DNA of 64,000 nt, from the NCBI GenBank assembly GCA_964199315.1, contig OZ116700.1, forward strand, positions 2,294,001 to 2,358,000. Reading direction: 5' to 3'. This document shows, piece after piece, positions 21,879 through 34,677 of the stretch. Under the pieces are notes generated by a model. That model was not told where the DNA came from, did not search any database, and saw only the letters and a program-made list of their open reading frames with translations. Each line of letters starts with the position of its first letter. Position 1 is the stretch's first letter. A program made the translations under genes and the position numbers. Origin of the DNA: Orbicella franksi (taxonomy: Eukaryota).

Positions 21879-23843
21879 GTTTGAAAATGTCATGATATTG
21901 GGAGCGCCTGCAAGCGTTCAGTTCACTCCCAGTTTCCTGAGGTGTATGATACAGGCTGCACAAGGTTGTTTCATAGCAGGCAACATTGTGGTGGCGGCTA
22001 AGGCCAGCAATCTGTTCATTCATTGCATGGCCATCTGTGACATGGTGCCTTCGATCAACCAAGCGTCTCCATTGCAGGTTCTGGCCTTATTGTCGGCCGT
22101 CTTGTCAGCCCCAGGTGATTTAACATTTAGTTATAGCGGCCAATCAGAATCACTTGTCCTGATCACTGACAAAGTCAAATTATTTTCTGGTTTCAAACTC
22201 TGGCTGCCATTGTCATCAGTGACTGACAGTTGTTTCATCTGATTCTTTTACCCAGGTATGTGGCCACCCAATATCACAAATCTGATAGCTACCTGTCAGA
22301 TTGTTTGATGAAAGGCATGCTGGAATTTAGATTGAATTTTCTGACTTTCTAGGCAGTGGAGTCTTACATGCTGGAGACATTCAGTGCAATGGTCAAATGC
22401 AGCTGGGCCTGTGTTGACCAACCTATGGTTAGTAGGTTATTTAAATTGATAGCGAAGTTAGTTAGTCCACCCCTCTTTCCTTCTGTCCATCTTGTCCATC
22501 CATCTGTTCGTCCGTCCATCTGTCCATCCGTTCATCCATCCGTCCGTCTGTCCTTCCATCTGTCAGTTAGTTAGTTTGTGACTTGATAACAAGCTTTATT
22601 ATTTGACTGAGAAAATTACTGCATTTTGATCTGCTAAGAGCCATCAAATTTATCGTTAAATTTAATACTTAATTTGCACCACAGTATAAACTAATACAGG
22701 TGAAATCATAATTTTCTCAGTCATGTGATAAATTAGTCATCATATGAAAACGCGAGCAATTAAGGATTTATGCTGCTCGTGAAACGTGAAAATTCTTTCA
22801 AATCACTCTCCCCTAAAGGCTCAATGCACGTTTGAGGGAAGTTTTAAATATCATCAGCAGCATAAATTTTTATAAATTTGCACTCAGATTCATACAATTA
22901 CTTAATTTTAATTATGTGGATTTGCAGTATTTCTTGCTGTTTCTTTTTTTTTTTTTTACCTAAATCTCCAATGCCATTCTAACTAATGAGAAGCCCTTGT
23001 GGATAGTGAGCATCCTTATATGAACCAACACATAATACTTGCAACATGTTGAACATTTTATCTTCCATGGAAAATAATTTGCCCATAAGCTGTTGGAAGT
23101 TCCAACTCTTTTATTTCTTATTACACTAACTCATCCAAAGGTAAAAACTTCATTAAAAATTGCTCCAAACCCTAAAAATATGACAGACAGCAAAAAGGTG
23201 ATATTAAGCAAAGAGTGAGACTAATTGTCTCAGTTGTTTCTTTTAGCAATACTATAAGCTTGGGTGTCGTCCAGAATTCGTAGTTGAATTATTAACAAAA
23301 TGCACTCTGTTGCTTGTATCTCATTTTTTCGCAATTTGCAAATTAAGCAAGCATCTTTTTTTCAGCATGAATTGAATTCGACATTATGACCGCAAGCGAT
23401 AGTTATCTTTAGAGTTAATTCCCTGCTTAGGAATTCTAATTAAAGCTGTTAAAGTACGTCTTAAGTTTTGCGCTGAGGCTGAATGCTGATAAAGTTTTGC
23501 ATGATTTTTAAGTTAAACCTGAAATGCCTGTTTTTAAGTTGACCCTCATTTTGTCAGTTTTTTTTTTAACACAAGCTGAAGATCTATCGAGGTAAATTGC
23601 TCCTAAAAGCTTTTAAATTGTACATGTATGTAGGTATGTTCACGAATGTTTGTGTTACTGTGACGTGATGGTGTTAGTTTGGATGTGAACAAATGTTGAT
23701 CATTTTGTTCATATTGCACATGTATTTTTTTTTTTAACAATTCAATTCTTGCTCAAATTTCAGGCATTTTAGTTCGCTCAGATACGTATGTCGTCACGGT
23801 TACGTTTTTGGCCTTTCTCAGCCTTGATGTGCAGCGTTCTTAA
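21879..23843 (+). CDS. Putative small multi-exon gene with micro-exons, divergent from RPS4; product unknown (~140 aa)
   Basis: Candidate exons 21879-22114, 22230-22255 (26 nt), 22353-22427, 23576-23591 (16 nt) and 23764-23843 join in one open frame; most splice sites are strong. Candidate non-coding first exon ends at 19850 (AAA|GTAAGT). No recognisable domain. Confidence 0.45.
22480..22562. repeat. Degenerate (CCAT/CCGT)n tetranucleotide repeat
   Basis: gtccatcttgtccatccatctgttcgtccgtccatctgtccatccgttcatccatccgtccgtc. Confidence 0.8.
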
Positions 23844-24020
23844 AAGATTCTTTTAGCCAAAAAAAAAAGTTGTAGTTGTCTGAAGATTTTTGTCCATAAA
23901 GTTTTTTTTTTTAAAAAAATGTGGTGAGCAAAGCGTGAGATTTTTAATGTTTGTGAGTTTTCCGTGGTAAAAACAGATCTTAATCCTTTGTTTTGTACTG
24001 TTCCATGAAGAACGCGCGCT

Positions 24021-24201
24021 CATTAGGCTGATTTAGCAAGAGAACGGGAACGTCACTTGACGACGGCGCGCGCAGTACAAACATCCAAATATGGTCAGAT
24101 GACGACTGCAGGGCGCGCGGAATTTGACCATATTTGGGTATTTGTACTGCGCGCGCCGTCGTCAAGTGACGTTCCCGTTCTCTTGCTAAATCAGCCTAAT
24201 G
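24021..24201. mobile_element. Near-perfect palindromic MITE (~75-bp arms), TA-flanked
   Basis: CATTAGGCTGATTTAGCAAGAGAACGGGAACGTCACTTGACGACGGCGCGCGCAGTACAAA is exactly mirrored at 24141-24201. Confidence 0.85.
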
Positions 24202-27200
24202 TGTGGCCCAAAACCGCAGGAGTCAGGTTGCGGAAGGCAGAAGGTGTTAATATTCCCGGCCAAGCCTGTTTCTTTGCGTTAAATAGGTTGTTTGCTTTTC
24301 TTTTGTTGAGGGATTTACTTTCTTTCCGTCGGTCGCAAAATCACATATGGCAAAGTAGTTTTAGACGAAAAACATTTACCCTGAGACAACAATCTCGGGT
24401 GGCAATGTACATTTAAAATCATATTTGCTTGTGCGGACCGGAAGATAATGGCTTTGTTGGAATTCTCAGTTTGCTCAGGAAAAATGACGCGCGTGTTGTT
24501 TTAACAACTCCCTTTCACGCGTCGACTCGATATTTTAATTGAAAGTGCTCCAATCTGTCTCCACGTGGCTCGATTAATTAGTTGCGGGTGCGTACACAGC
24601 TGGTAAAATTATTCAATTAACCCGAGCAACGTTTTGAAGGTAAAGTAAACATTCCAAGGTATCAACAAGGAAACAGAGGAGCGTGCGGTGATAAAATCAT
24701 TCTCCAACCTTTCATCGCTTGACTGAACGCTTATACCAGGCGGTCCGAATCTGTCAACGCGCCCATTGATCTCGATTAAGGTACTAATTGGCGCTAAATT
24801 GCCGCAATATAGGCGCGAGATTGAAAATGCACGAAGAGATTTCCTTTTGTTTTGTTTGACGTGTTGAATCCGGCGCTGAGTTTCAAGGTGACGGAAATCT
24901 AATCCCTGACTGAGGGAGCGTACTGTTACATTCCTAAATTCTAGCTAACCTACAAAGCAGTTTTATAAATGCATTTACAAACACGCACTTGAACCGGACG
25001 TGGACCGAAATAGAGTAATTGTTTTCTTAACACTGAATTCCATGCCTTCTTAGCTAGGGCGTTCTTCTCCTAGCGAAATTTTTGACTGCAGTGGATAGAC
25101 CTTTGGAAATATCGCCTTAAACTGCTGTGCATTGTTAAAGAATGTTGCTCCCAAAAACTGAAGTAATTGGTCTTTCAAAATGAAATGGGCCAACGTCAGA
25201 CTGAGACCGCGAAGATCAGTGTCAAATATTTTACTTCATAGTATAAGATTTAAAGACGAAATTGAGCTGTCGTTTGTGCTATAAGGTAAAAAGATGTGTC
25301 TAGATTGTGTAACAAGGAATTTTGAACGAAACGAAGCCAAGTTTCGTTATATCGTTAGGTATCGTTTCAGAGCACATGCTATGGGTACAATCTTCAGATA
25401 AGAATCTAGATCATGAAAGCCTGTTGCGGCTACAGTGTTTTCCACTTGTTGACATGAAGAGTGCCCAGATATTATCTGGGATTAATCCAGATCATAGACA
25501 TCAGTCAGAAATCTTGGCGCTACGGAGAACTGTGAAGATTCCGAATTGAATACCAAAGGGTATTTTTATTTTTATTAATATTTTTAACTTCTTTGTCACA
25601 CGCCGCTGTTTGAACAATAAGAAGAGGATCGTCCCACCGACGATGACCTCAAAAACCCAAATCCTACACACTTTTACCATGCTTGTGAGAAACGCCTCGG
25701 TCTCATGTTACTCGAGCTTCGCGCTTGCAACACACGTTTTGCCGCGCGGGAATACCGTAAAGCCACGTGCCCCGCAGGGTAAATCCACAATAACAGAACA
25801 TTGTCGCTGGTCAAAAATCATTCCACAAGTATTACAAGTGGGCTGTTGTTATTTCTGCTAAGGGAAATAGTAACGGGTTTTTGTTAATAATCTGCAGCGC
25901 TCTTCTTAATCTGCCGTGTTTGTTCCGTCGTTGTCCACCTTGTATTTTGTTAAATGGCGCTGCTGAATTTTTCTCGACGACAACTGAGAAAAAAAGTTCC
26001 TGCATGAAATTCAGTTCAGTGTTTCGTGTATTTGTGTTTTCCGATTCAATACATACATCTGGTATACTGAATTTTTATCTTAACCAAAGCAAGTGAGAGA
26101 GAAATCTTAGATAGAAACAATTGATTAGAATTGTCTTGCGTTTTATACTTCAGTTATTCATGTCAACCGTGTAGGCATGCAATTTTTCAGACTTCTCTTT
26201 TTCTATCATATCTGATCATCGGCCAATCGGCTCTTTTACTTTTCTCAGTCGAGTTTTGATTGATAGCCGTAGTGAACCGCTAATTGAGGATCACCCTGGA
26301 GTTATTTTGCACGGAAGTAGTTCTGTCATTACAACTGTATACTGTTGCATTTATCTGTAGTAAATCAATTTAGTTCATTAACATTCCGGGCTTATTTCAG
26401 CTGTAGCTCGTTGATATCTAGACAGCCAGCTCAGACATGTTCTCGATCAAAAGAAAAACCAACGCAAACTGAAATAAAATTATTTTACTTTGAACTTATT
26501 GTTAACCAAATGAGACTGACTGATGACGGATCGCATTCCATAAAATGTGCAGTTGTGATTTGATTCTTGCGTGTAAAGTGATGAATTCCGCTTTGTAAGA
26601 GAGCGACGTGATACGCAACGTTTACAATGTAAAATTATGCCAAATGTAATAGTGGATAGAATTGCCTGATTGAATAATGTCAGTAATAGTCAGTGATTGC
26701 GTTATATTTATGAGAAAATAAAGTTAAAACGAGCAGAGTTTTCAAGTGAAATATCAGAAGTTGGCGGATATCTAGTTGGTGAGCTTCAGATCAGCAAACT
26801 ACAACGGAAACGGCAGGGAAGTTTACCTAAATGTTTTTTTTTTTTAAATGAACAGTGTAGTGCCTCGGTGCATGAGTTATTTCTTAGCCGTCGTCAGCAA
26901 CTAAAATGGAACATGGAATAGGTATATTCGCGTAATTTTTATAAGGAACATCTACCATATTCCTCTCCGAAATGAATACTGTCTTTAGTTATTCAAGTAG
27001 AGGATAGTCCTGACACTGATAGACATATTACATGGATCGAGATAGCCACTGTATAAATTCTCTTTCAGTTTTATCGACAGCAGTTTTATCAGCACTGGAA
27101 CTATATTTGGTTTAGGTGTGCCTCGTGCATGTTTGTCTTGCGTAGCTCTTGAGTTGTGTTTCCTGTCCTATTTTGGAACTGTGGATGTCATTTAGCTTAT

Positions 27201-27669
27201 GTGGACTCTGATATTTTTTGGATCCTCTCTTGTGCTGTTAGTGGATTCGAAAACAAGGGTATGGCTGTAAAAAGGAGAAATGAAGTGATTTTTCTTTCAG
27301 TTCTGTTCAGCAAAGGTGTACGGCAGTCACGACAGCACAACAAGTGACTACTAGAAAATAGGCGTGACTAGAGTAGCCTCGCTGGGCTCGTCACGCAATC
27401 TAGTTTCTTTTCCACGTGAGTGTATAAAGCAGTCTTTACTCTAAGCAGGCACAGAACTATCGGTCCATTTCAAAATGTTATCCTTTGCACTCAGTCTTCA
27501 TTTTTATCACTTCTTTGGTGTTTTTTACTAAAGAAAATCATTTCCTTATTTAGAAATGAAAGGCTCTATTCCAAGTGTTTTCCCTTTTTGCAGCTCGAAG
27601 AAGGTGATTTTGTAGTTCTTTTCAGTGGACTTCGTGCATTTGTACGGTGATAGTGCGTGAATTTGAAAG

Positions 27670-28370
27670 CAGTGCTTTCATGAGTTGCTGTTTGTTGTGC
27701 TGTACAAGCTAGGTCTGATTAAGAGTCCGTGGATGAAACCCTAGAGAAACTAAGGAACCCTAGTGTGTGACCATTCAAATAAAAGCTATTTAGCAGTACT
27801 TTCATGTGGTACTGTTTATTGTGCAGTACAAAGTGATTTTTACTTTTAAGTCTGTGTATAAAACCCTAGTGTGTGACCATTCAAATGAAAGCTACTGAGC
27901 AGGGCTTTCATGTGGTACTGTTTATCATGCTGTACAAGGTGATTTTTACTTTTAAGTTTGTGGATGAAACCCCATTTAAATGAAAGCTACTGAGCAGTAC
28001 TTTCATGTGGTACTGTTTATTATGCTGTACAAGGTGGATTTAAATTTAAAGTTTGTGGATAAAACCCTAGTGAGAGACCATTCAAATGAAAGCTACTGAG
28101 CAGGGCTTTCATGTGGTACTGTTTATCATGCTGTACAAGGTGATTTTTACTTTTAAGTTTGTGGATGAAACCCCATTTAAATGAAAGCTACTGAGCAGTA
28201 CATTCATGTGGTACTGTTTATTATGCTGTACAAGGTGGATCTAAATAAAAGTCTGTATTTGAAACCCTAGTGAGTGATCATTCAAAAGGAAGATGTTCAG
28301 CAGTATTTTCATGTGGTAGTGTTACGCCAGCTGTACAAGGTGGTTGTGGATTTAGTCTTTGGATGAAAAT
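27670..28370. repeat. Tandem array of ~7 units of a 95-106-bp satellite with a 201-bp higher-order dimer
   Basis: GCTGTACAAGG and CATT(C/T)AAATGAAAGCTACTGAGCAG recur; spacing alternates about 95/106; 27877 and 28078 begin near-identical 201-bp blocks. Confidence 0.9.
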
Positions 28371-31300
28371 TAAACCCCTGATATTGACAAATTATCCAAA
28401 CGAAAGCTGTAAAGACCTGTAGGGTTAAGTTACAAGCCAGAACTTAGAGTATTAATACTGAGAGAGAATGGAGAATAACTTTCGTGTATAGAACGTGCAG
28501 TCATATATACCGTATGCTATAATTAAGTCTTTTTTTTTGCTCGAACATGCTGCAATATTGTACCATAAGTGGTTTAGTTTGTTTAATTAAAGACGGCTAA
28601 ACTACACTAAGATAAGAGTGACGCCTTTTCCAAATTAGCCGGTTCCGAAAGTATTTCTTATTAATTGCCAAGTGAATCAGTCCGCAGTTTCAGCAATGAA
28701 CCCTATCGTAATTTTAGTATTAAATTTCGCTTAAGATAGGCTCTGCTTGCATAGAATTCTACACAGTAAAAGGTTCTTTATTTGTATAGGATCATTTTAA
28801 CGCATTTCGGTGCTCAAACATTAATTTTTCTTTGGGGCTTTTGTTTACTGAAGCAAGCAAGCAAAGCCAACTTGGAACACTGACAAAGTGTTTAAATATT
28901 TTTTCCCTGATATGACTGCACGAAAATATCACCAGGGTTATATTTCGAAATAAAAGTACATTATGTTAATCAAACCGGCGCGCAGCCAGCCATTGAATTA
29001 ACTTTGCCTGCCCCTAAACAGTTTAATGCTTGCATTAGTGAAATGAAATATGCTTTTTAAGTGGATCTCACGGACGCGAAACACTACACTTCCAGTTCTA
29101 TCAAACACGTATTAGGGGTCTTTAGCGAAAGCCTGCTAATTAAACACGCATTTTTTTCTGTGAGCGATGTTTGCTGTCGTATTTAGTTCCTGTGTTCGCG
29201 TTGTCATTCAATTTCGTTTTGTTTGTCAAGCAACCGACCACCCGTGACCACCTGTGAAGCAAATGACAAGTTGTGTTTAAAAGTTCTCACTTTCTGGCCT
29301 CGGCTTGACAAATCAATGGATACCGCTCTCTAAAAGCGCTGAAATCAATACTGACCTTTCCTTCGCGGACACTGATTGTTTCCCGAGTTGAACAGGCTTT
29401 TAACTTTGCGAATCGAAACTTTAAGCCAACCCACGTGTTTTTGACATTTTGACACGACTGGGCTATCAGAAATTGAGATTTAAATGTCGATTTTACGAGT
29501 TTTTTAAGCGCGCGAATATGAAACGAAAAGAGCGCAAACGGTAGAACATCGACACGTGCCATCAAGAAAGGTCTTTAATTCATGGTGTTAAATATCTCTC
29601 TTTTTTCTCTCCTATCATCGTTAAGTCAAGCAAATTACTTTACCGTTTGAATTAACAGACGGTGTTTTCCCACTGCCTGTCGTTCTTCGCAAAAGAAAAG
29701 AAACGACGTTGTTTTGTGAATGCGCTCTTGCTGGGCACGAGAGCTTGCAATCTTAGAACTGACGTCGAATTGTCTAGAACTTGGCGGCCTGTTTCGGGAG
29801 ATTTGCGGCCATCTCCGGAGACGAAAGTTAGGAAATTCATTAAATCAGAAATGACTTTTCCTCTTTTTTATGTTTACCGATTCACTGTGGTTGGAGCCCG
29901 GTGAATCTTTGAGTTGTGCAACCTGCGCGGCGGGGAATTTTTATTTGGCGGCTCCTTGTTTAAAATGGTCGTTTGCTTGATAAATTAAAGATACACCCAC
30001 TCCTATTTTTTTACTTTATAATTTAACGTCCGTCCTTTTTTGTGCACAGTTAATTTGTCCATAGTTTTTTTTTTTCTTATCTTAAAATGCACAATACGTT
30101 TTTAGGATGATGCCAAAATGAAAGCCATTAACATAACTAAGTGATACAGCATCAAACGTATAGTATTTATCAGTTTTACACTTCCATTGAACAAGAATTT
30201 TCACAAATTGTGTGTGAAACTTAACCGTCTCTAAGGAACGACTTACATCTCTAATCCGCAAACTGAAAAACTGAAAAAAACCTGCAAAGATCACAGAGAT
30301 CATAGGCTCAAAAATATTGATCTTATCGTTAATTCGAACCTTCCCAACTTTTCTCCTTAAATTCATGCACTAAAGCTATTCTAAACGATCTCACTTTCAG
30401 TAATTGTAATATTTATCATGACTGAAGCCAAAGATACAAGTAATTTTAATTATTTTCCCTGTTATTATTGTTTTCTTTCAGCAAACTGTTAAACACAATG
30501 GCGGATAGGTCCACACTAGTTCACCGATGAAAGAAATTCAGTCGAGAACCGTTTGTTCTGCCACAACACCACAATTCTTTTGAAAGCTTCTATCGTGCGC
30601 GTATAACCGACAAAACAGACTAAGTTCAAATGACGCAAGTGTAATAACAAAGAATTCAAGTTTAATAAGGAAACTTCTGCTTCAGACTGCTGAAATGTCA
30701 TTCTTAAACTTGAGCATGTCACCGTCTTTCAGTTTTCTTGAGTTCAACAACTGCAACGGAACCAAAGTGTTCCAACGGACTGCTACGACCGCCTATAAAA
30801 AGTCTGAAGTCATAAACTCGCTTTTTAACCTAAAACAATGGAGAATCATGGTAATATTGGGTTTTGTTCGGAAACTCTTGTTCGCTTCAGTACTTCAACT
30901 TAACGCAACATGTCGTGAACTGAGCTTGCCTTCGTTCCGCATTTTTTTTATAAACCCTTTTCTTCTACAAAATCCCGACCGCTCTAAAGTCGGATTCAGC
31001 GACCTACTGATCGGCCGTTCAAATATAAACTTAAACACTCCTCAAGTATTTACGTACAACCATGTATATGTATAGATGCTAATTTCTTTGCGAATGTGAA
31101 TTGCAAAACATTTCGCTTCCTTCTTGTTATGTATGACTGTGAAACCCGCTTGGTCCACTATTGTTTGTGGTGCGGCGAAGTCGTGCGGGAAAGTTTGTCG
31201 ACCAGGGCAAAAGTTGCTTGGGATTAAGCTTTTGGATTGTGGTGTTGACGGTTGAACTCAATCAACGAAGGGCAGACGATAAAAGCGAGATTGCTCGTCT

Positions 31301-33492
31301 TCGTAAGTACACGCATTTCATATCAATTTTGCTAGTTGAAATTTTAATGGCCTTCGATGTGGTACTGTTCGTGAAAGCGGGCGAATTTACTTGTTCGAGG
31401 TAAACAAGATGTCTTAGCTAGGCTCTCTTCGGTGGTTTCGCTTACATGTTGCAGTTTCTGTCGGTTTCTTGGGTTTTTAAGCTGCGAAATCATGCGATTC
31501 TTTGTGAGGTTCAGTGCTTAGTTTATTCACTTGCTTTGTTTTCACAAGGGCGTTGTGCTAGTTAACTCTTAAATAGTAGGAAAAGATTCGTAACAGTAGC
31601 GTTTTCATTCCAAAGTAACCATGGCGGACAAACGTATTGTTTTTCCCAGCCTATCCATCGAAAGTGCAACGGAAAAACGTCGTTTTTGGCAAGATAATTT
31701 GAACTTTGTATTGCGTCGAGGCCTCAAGGCAGCGAACAACAGAATTCATTTATAGGTTTCGTATCGTTGGCATTGTAAAAGGCTTAAACGAACTTCCTTT
31801 GTCCTCCAGGTCTCTTTTATGGCTTCATACAGATTTTTCTTTCATGACGGTAAACACTTTAATTGAAATTATGAATCTTTCTTTTCGTCGGAGTAAACAA
31901 ACCTCCGCGAGTCAGGAAAAATTTCTTGCGAAGGAGCAGTTCGCGCGCGAGGGGAATTCGTCACGTGCGAAAGCAACCAAACATCATTACGCAGTTGCGC
32001 TGTTGTGGACAATTTAATTACAGGTGGTCTTAGAAATATTTCCGATTCTTAGGTCGCCAAGGCTTTTCTTGTCGCCCGTAAGTGGCCTCAACTCGATTTT
32101 CGGTTTTTACGAGATAATTGTGTTTTCCCCGAGCCTAATTCGCAATTCTTTGTTCACGAGGTTGCGGTGCTGAGCCGTTTCAGTCCGTGCTCAAAAAGCT
32201 TTAGTTTTGTGCCATGCATCGTGAGGTTCGCCGAGTGTTGTGACGTCAGGATTCACTTAAAATCTCTTGCGCTATTTTGGCATTCATCAGGAATATCTGA
32301 GCAAACTATTGGCTGGAACGTAGCGCTAGTCTCTTAAAAAAGAACCGCCGGTGAAATATATAAACATACAGGAAAGAGCCGATCGGGCAAACATCGGTGC
32401 ATGCGGTGATGGCTATCATACAGGAAATCTTAAGGCCCATCCGCACTGCACAGCGTTGTCTGAATAGCGTTTCACAAAGGGAGTTTTCCCATTCTCAAGA
32501 GGGCGAGATGAAGAGCGCGATAGGGCCGAATCGATCGTGCGCGCACAGCCCACAAGATCCATTCCAATCCCACGCTCGCTAATGTTTGTTTTAGCAATAC
32601 TTCTCGCGCGCGGAAAAACTTAAATTTTTCATGAGCTGGTTGAACAAGGGGCCATCTTTTTGTGGCGCGCAGAAAAGGAAAAGGCTCTCACTATCAAGAT
32701 TTTGGGTTAGCTATTTTGATCAGTGCCCTGCCTTCCAGAACAGCTGGTGGTTATATTAGCTTTCTAGCCGCACACTCGCTAAACGGCTCTTGTCTCGATC
32801 GAAGCGAAAAAGCATTTACGGTTAATAAATAAAACTAACCGCAAAGTGAGGCGCTGACAGCGCGGCCACGTTACGGAAGTGTTAAAATTTTAAGCTGCGT
32901 GTTTCACATATGGCTAAACATCTTCTTCACCTTTCCGAAGTCGACCTGATTGTTAAACCTCTCGAAATTAAGCTGTCAACAGCGGAATAAAAAACAAAGG
33001 CTGAAAGATCTTTGGCACTTTGGATATCAATCTGTCGACGAATTGATGACACCCCTCAGGCTCTCCCGCCCTCCACAGTTCCAGTGGAACAAAAGGCTCT
33101 AATATTAGAACACACGCAGGCATATTTCATTGTCCCAGCGTGATTATATTTTGTAAACGCTTTCAGCTCATTTGCAATTGTGGTAATGAGGTTTCGAGGC
33201 GAACAAAAGAGCGGATTGAGGAGCGATCCAATGAAAAACAACGTCTTGATAACAATTAGCATATTCTTCACGCCGAATTGTAGCTATTGACGACCGTTTC
33301 GCTCGTGCTCAATGAGCCAATGGCAAAGCGCGCGGTTATGAATCATGATTAATTAAGTAATAATAGAATGTCACTCACCACAGAGCTGTCCAATGGGCTC
33401 CCAGGAAATCAACAGATCTTTGGACACGTTCATGAGGCTGGCGGCAAAAAAGCCGAGTTTAGCTGAACGCAAGTTAAACCAAGCTCGTTACA

Positions 33493-34677
33493 ATGGAAGC
33501 GCAAACGAACCCATACACAAATCAGGTCGGGTCGGCCTCCACGCAGAGTGAAACTCGAGTCATTCAAAATCACCCGACCACCATGGCTTACGTGCGAGAA
33601 AATGAACACACTGTTGTAAAGTACGAGAATCTTACTCCAGCCAGCGTAGCTTCGCTGAACGACCAACGAGTAGGAAATAATCACCTTGCTACTCACCAGT
33701 GGGTAGTGCAAGACCATACAGGAGCTGTTGGTTGGCCAGCGAACACTGTGAGTTTACAAGAAGTTAAACCAATCTTAAGAGAGGATACCTCGCCGGTAAT
33801 AACAACGATTGCCGGTGCAACACTCGTCCATCATCGACCTGGCGGTCACACAGTTATGCCTTTAGACCAAGCACGTTGGCCCAGCGCTGCGTCGCATGGG
33901 GCTCACTCGCCCGATCACACTCGCATCCACATCAGCGGCGCGATGCAAGCGGTGTCTGCGACTCATCCATCGTACGCCTCGATAAACGGAGCTGTTCAGC
34001 TACAAGGAGCATTCCCGCAGGCGCCGCAAACGATTCGAGAAAATCCGAACGGCCAAGACGCGACGCATGTAGCTCACCCAGAGTTAGAAACACAAGACGA
34101 CACTCCTACCTCAGACGACTTGGAACAGTTTGCCAAAGAGTTCAAACAGCGTAGAATCAAGCTCGGCTTTACGCAAGCGGACGTAGGCCTTGCGCTGGGG
34201 ACACTGTACGGGAACGTGTTTAGCCAAACCACCATTTGCCGTTTCGAGGCTCTGCAACTGAGTTTTAAGAATATGTGTAAGCTCAAGCCCCTACTCGCCA
34301 AGTGGCTCGAGGAGGCTGATAACAACAACGGTGCAGCAAGCGGCATCGACAAGTTGGCGACTCAGGGACGGAAGCGTAAGAAGAGAACGTCGATCGAGGT
34401 GGCTGTCAAGGGTGCATTGGAGAACCACTTCTGTAAAAATCCCAAACCGTCTGCGCAAGAAATCGGCACGCTCGCAGAAAACCTAGGGCTCGATAAAGAG
34501 GTCGTTCGAGTGTGGTTCTGTAACAGAAGGCAGAAAGAAAAGCGAATGACTGCTTCAGTTACTGGAGGAGCCGACGACCAACATGTTGGATCGCCTCATG
34601 TTTCATCTCCTCACGTATCGTCTCCACACGTCTCTTCTCCGCACATTGTTGGCGGTCACATCACAGGCCCGCAATAA
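33493..34677 (+). CDS. POU3: Class III POU homeodomain transcription factor (Brn1/POU3F-like), intronless, 394 aa
   Basis: Single ORF. POU-specific domain [66 protein letters not shown], class III-type linker, homeodomain [21 protein letters not shown]...[16 protein letters not shown]-terminal HQW motif. Confidence 0.97.
   Translation: MEAQTNPYTNQVGSASTQSETRVIQNHPTTMAYVRENEHTVVKYENLTPASVASLNDQRVGNNHLATHQWVVQDHTGAVGWPANTVSLQEVKPILREDTSPVITTIAGATLVHHRPGGHTVMPLDQARWPSAASHGAHSPDHTRIHISGAMQAVSATHPSYASINGAVQLQGAFPQAPQTIRENPNGQDATHVAHPELETQDDTPTSDDLEQFAKEFKQRRIKLGFTQADVGLALGTLYGNVFSQTTICRFEALQLSFKNMCKLKPLLAKWLEEADNNNGAASGIDKLATQGRKRKKRTSIEVAVKGALENHFCKNPKPSAQEIGTLAENLGLDKEVVRVWFCNRRQKEKRMTASVTGGADDQHVGSPHVSSPHVSSPHVSSPHIVGGHITGPQ

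Noticed and set aside
27670-28370. CRISPR-like array
   Set aside because: Eukaryotic context, no unique spacers, whole units are homologous, no cas genes: a satellite.
33876-34352. Alternative-frame and antisense ORFs inside POU3 (92 aa each)
   Set aside because: Shadow ORFs of a GC-richer coding region; no independent signals.
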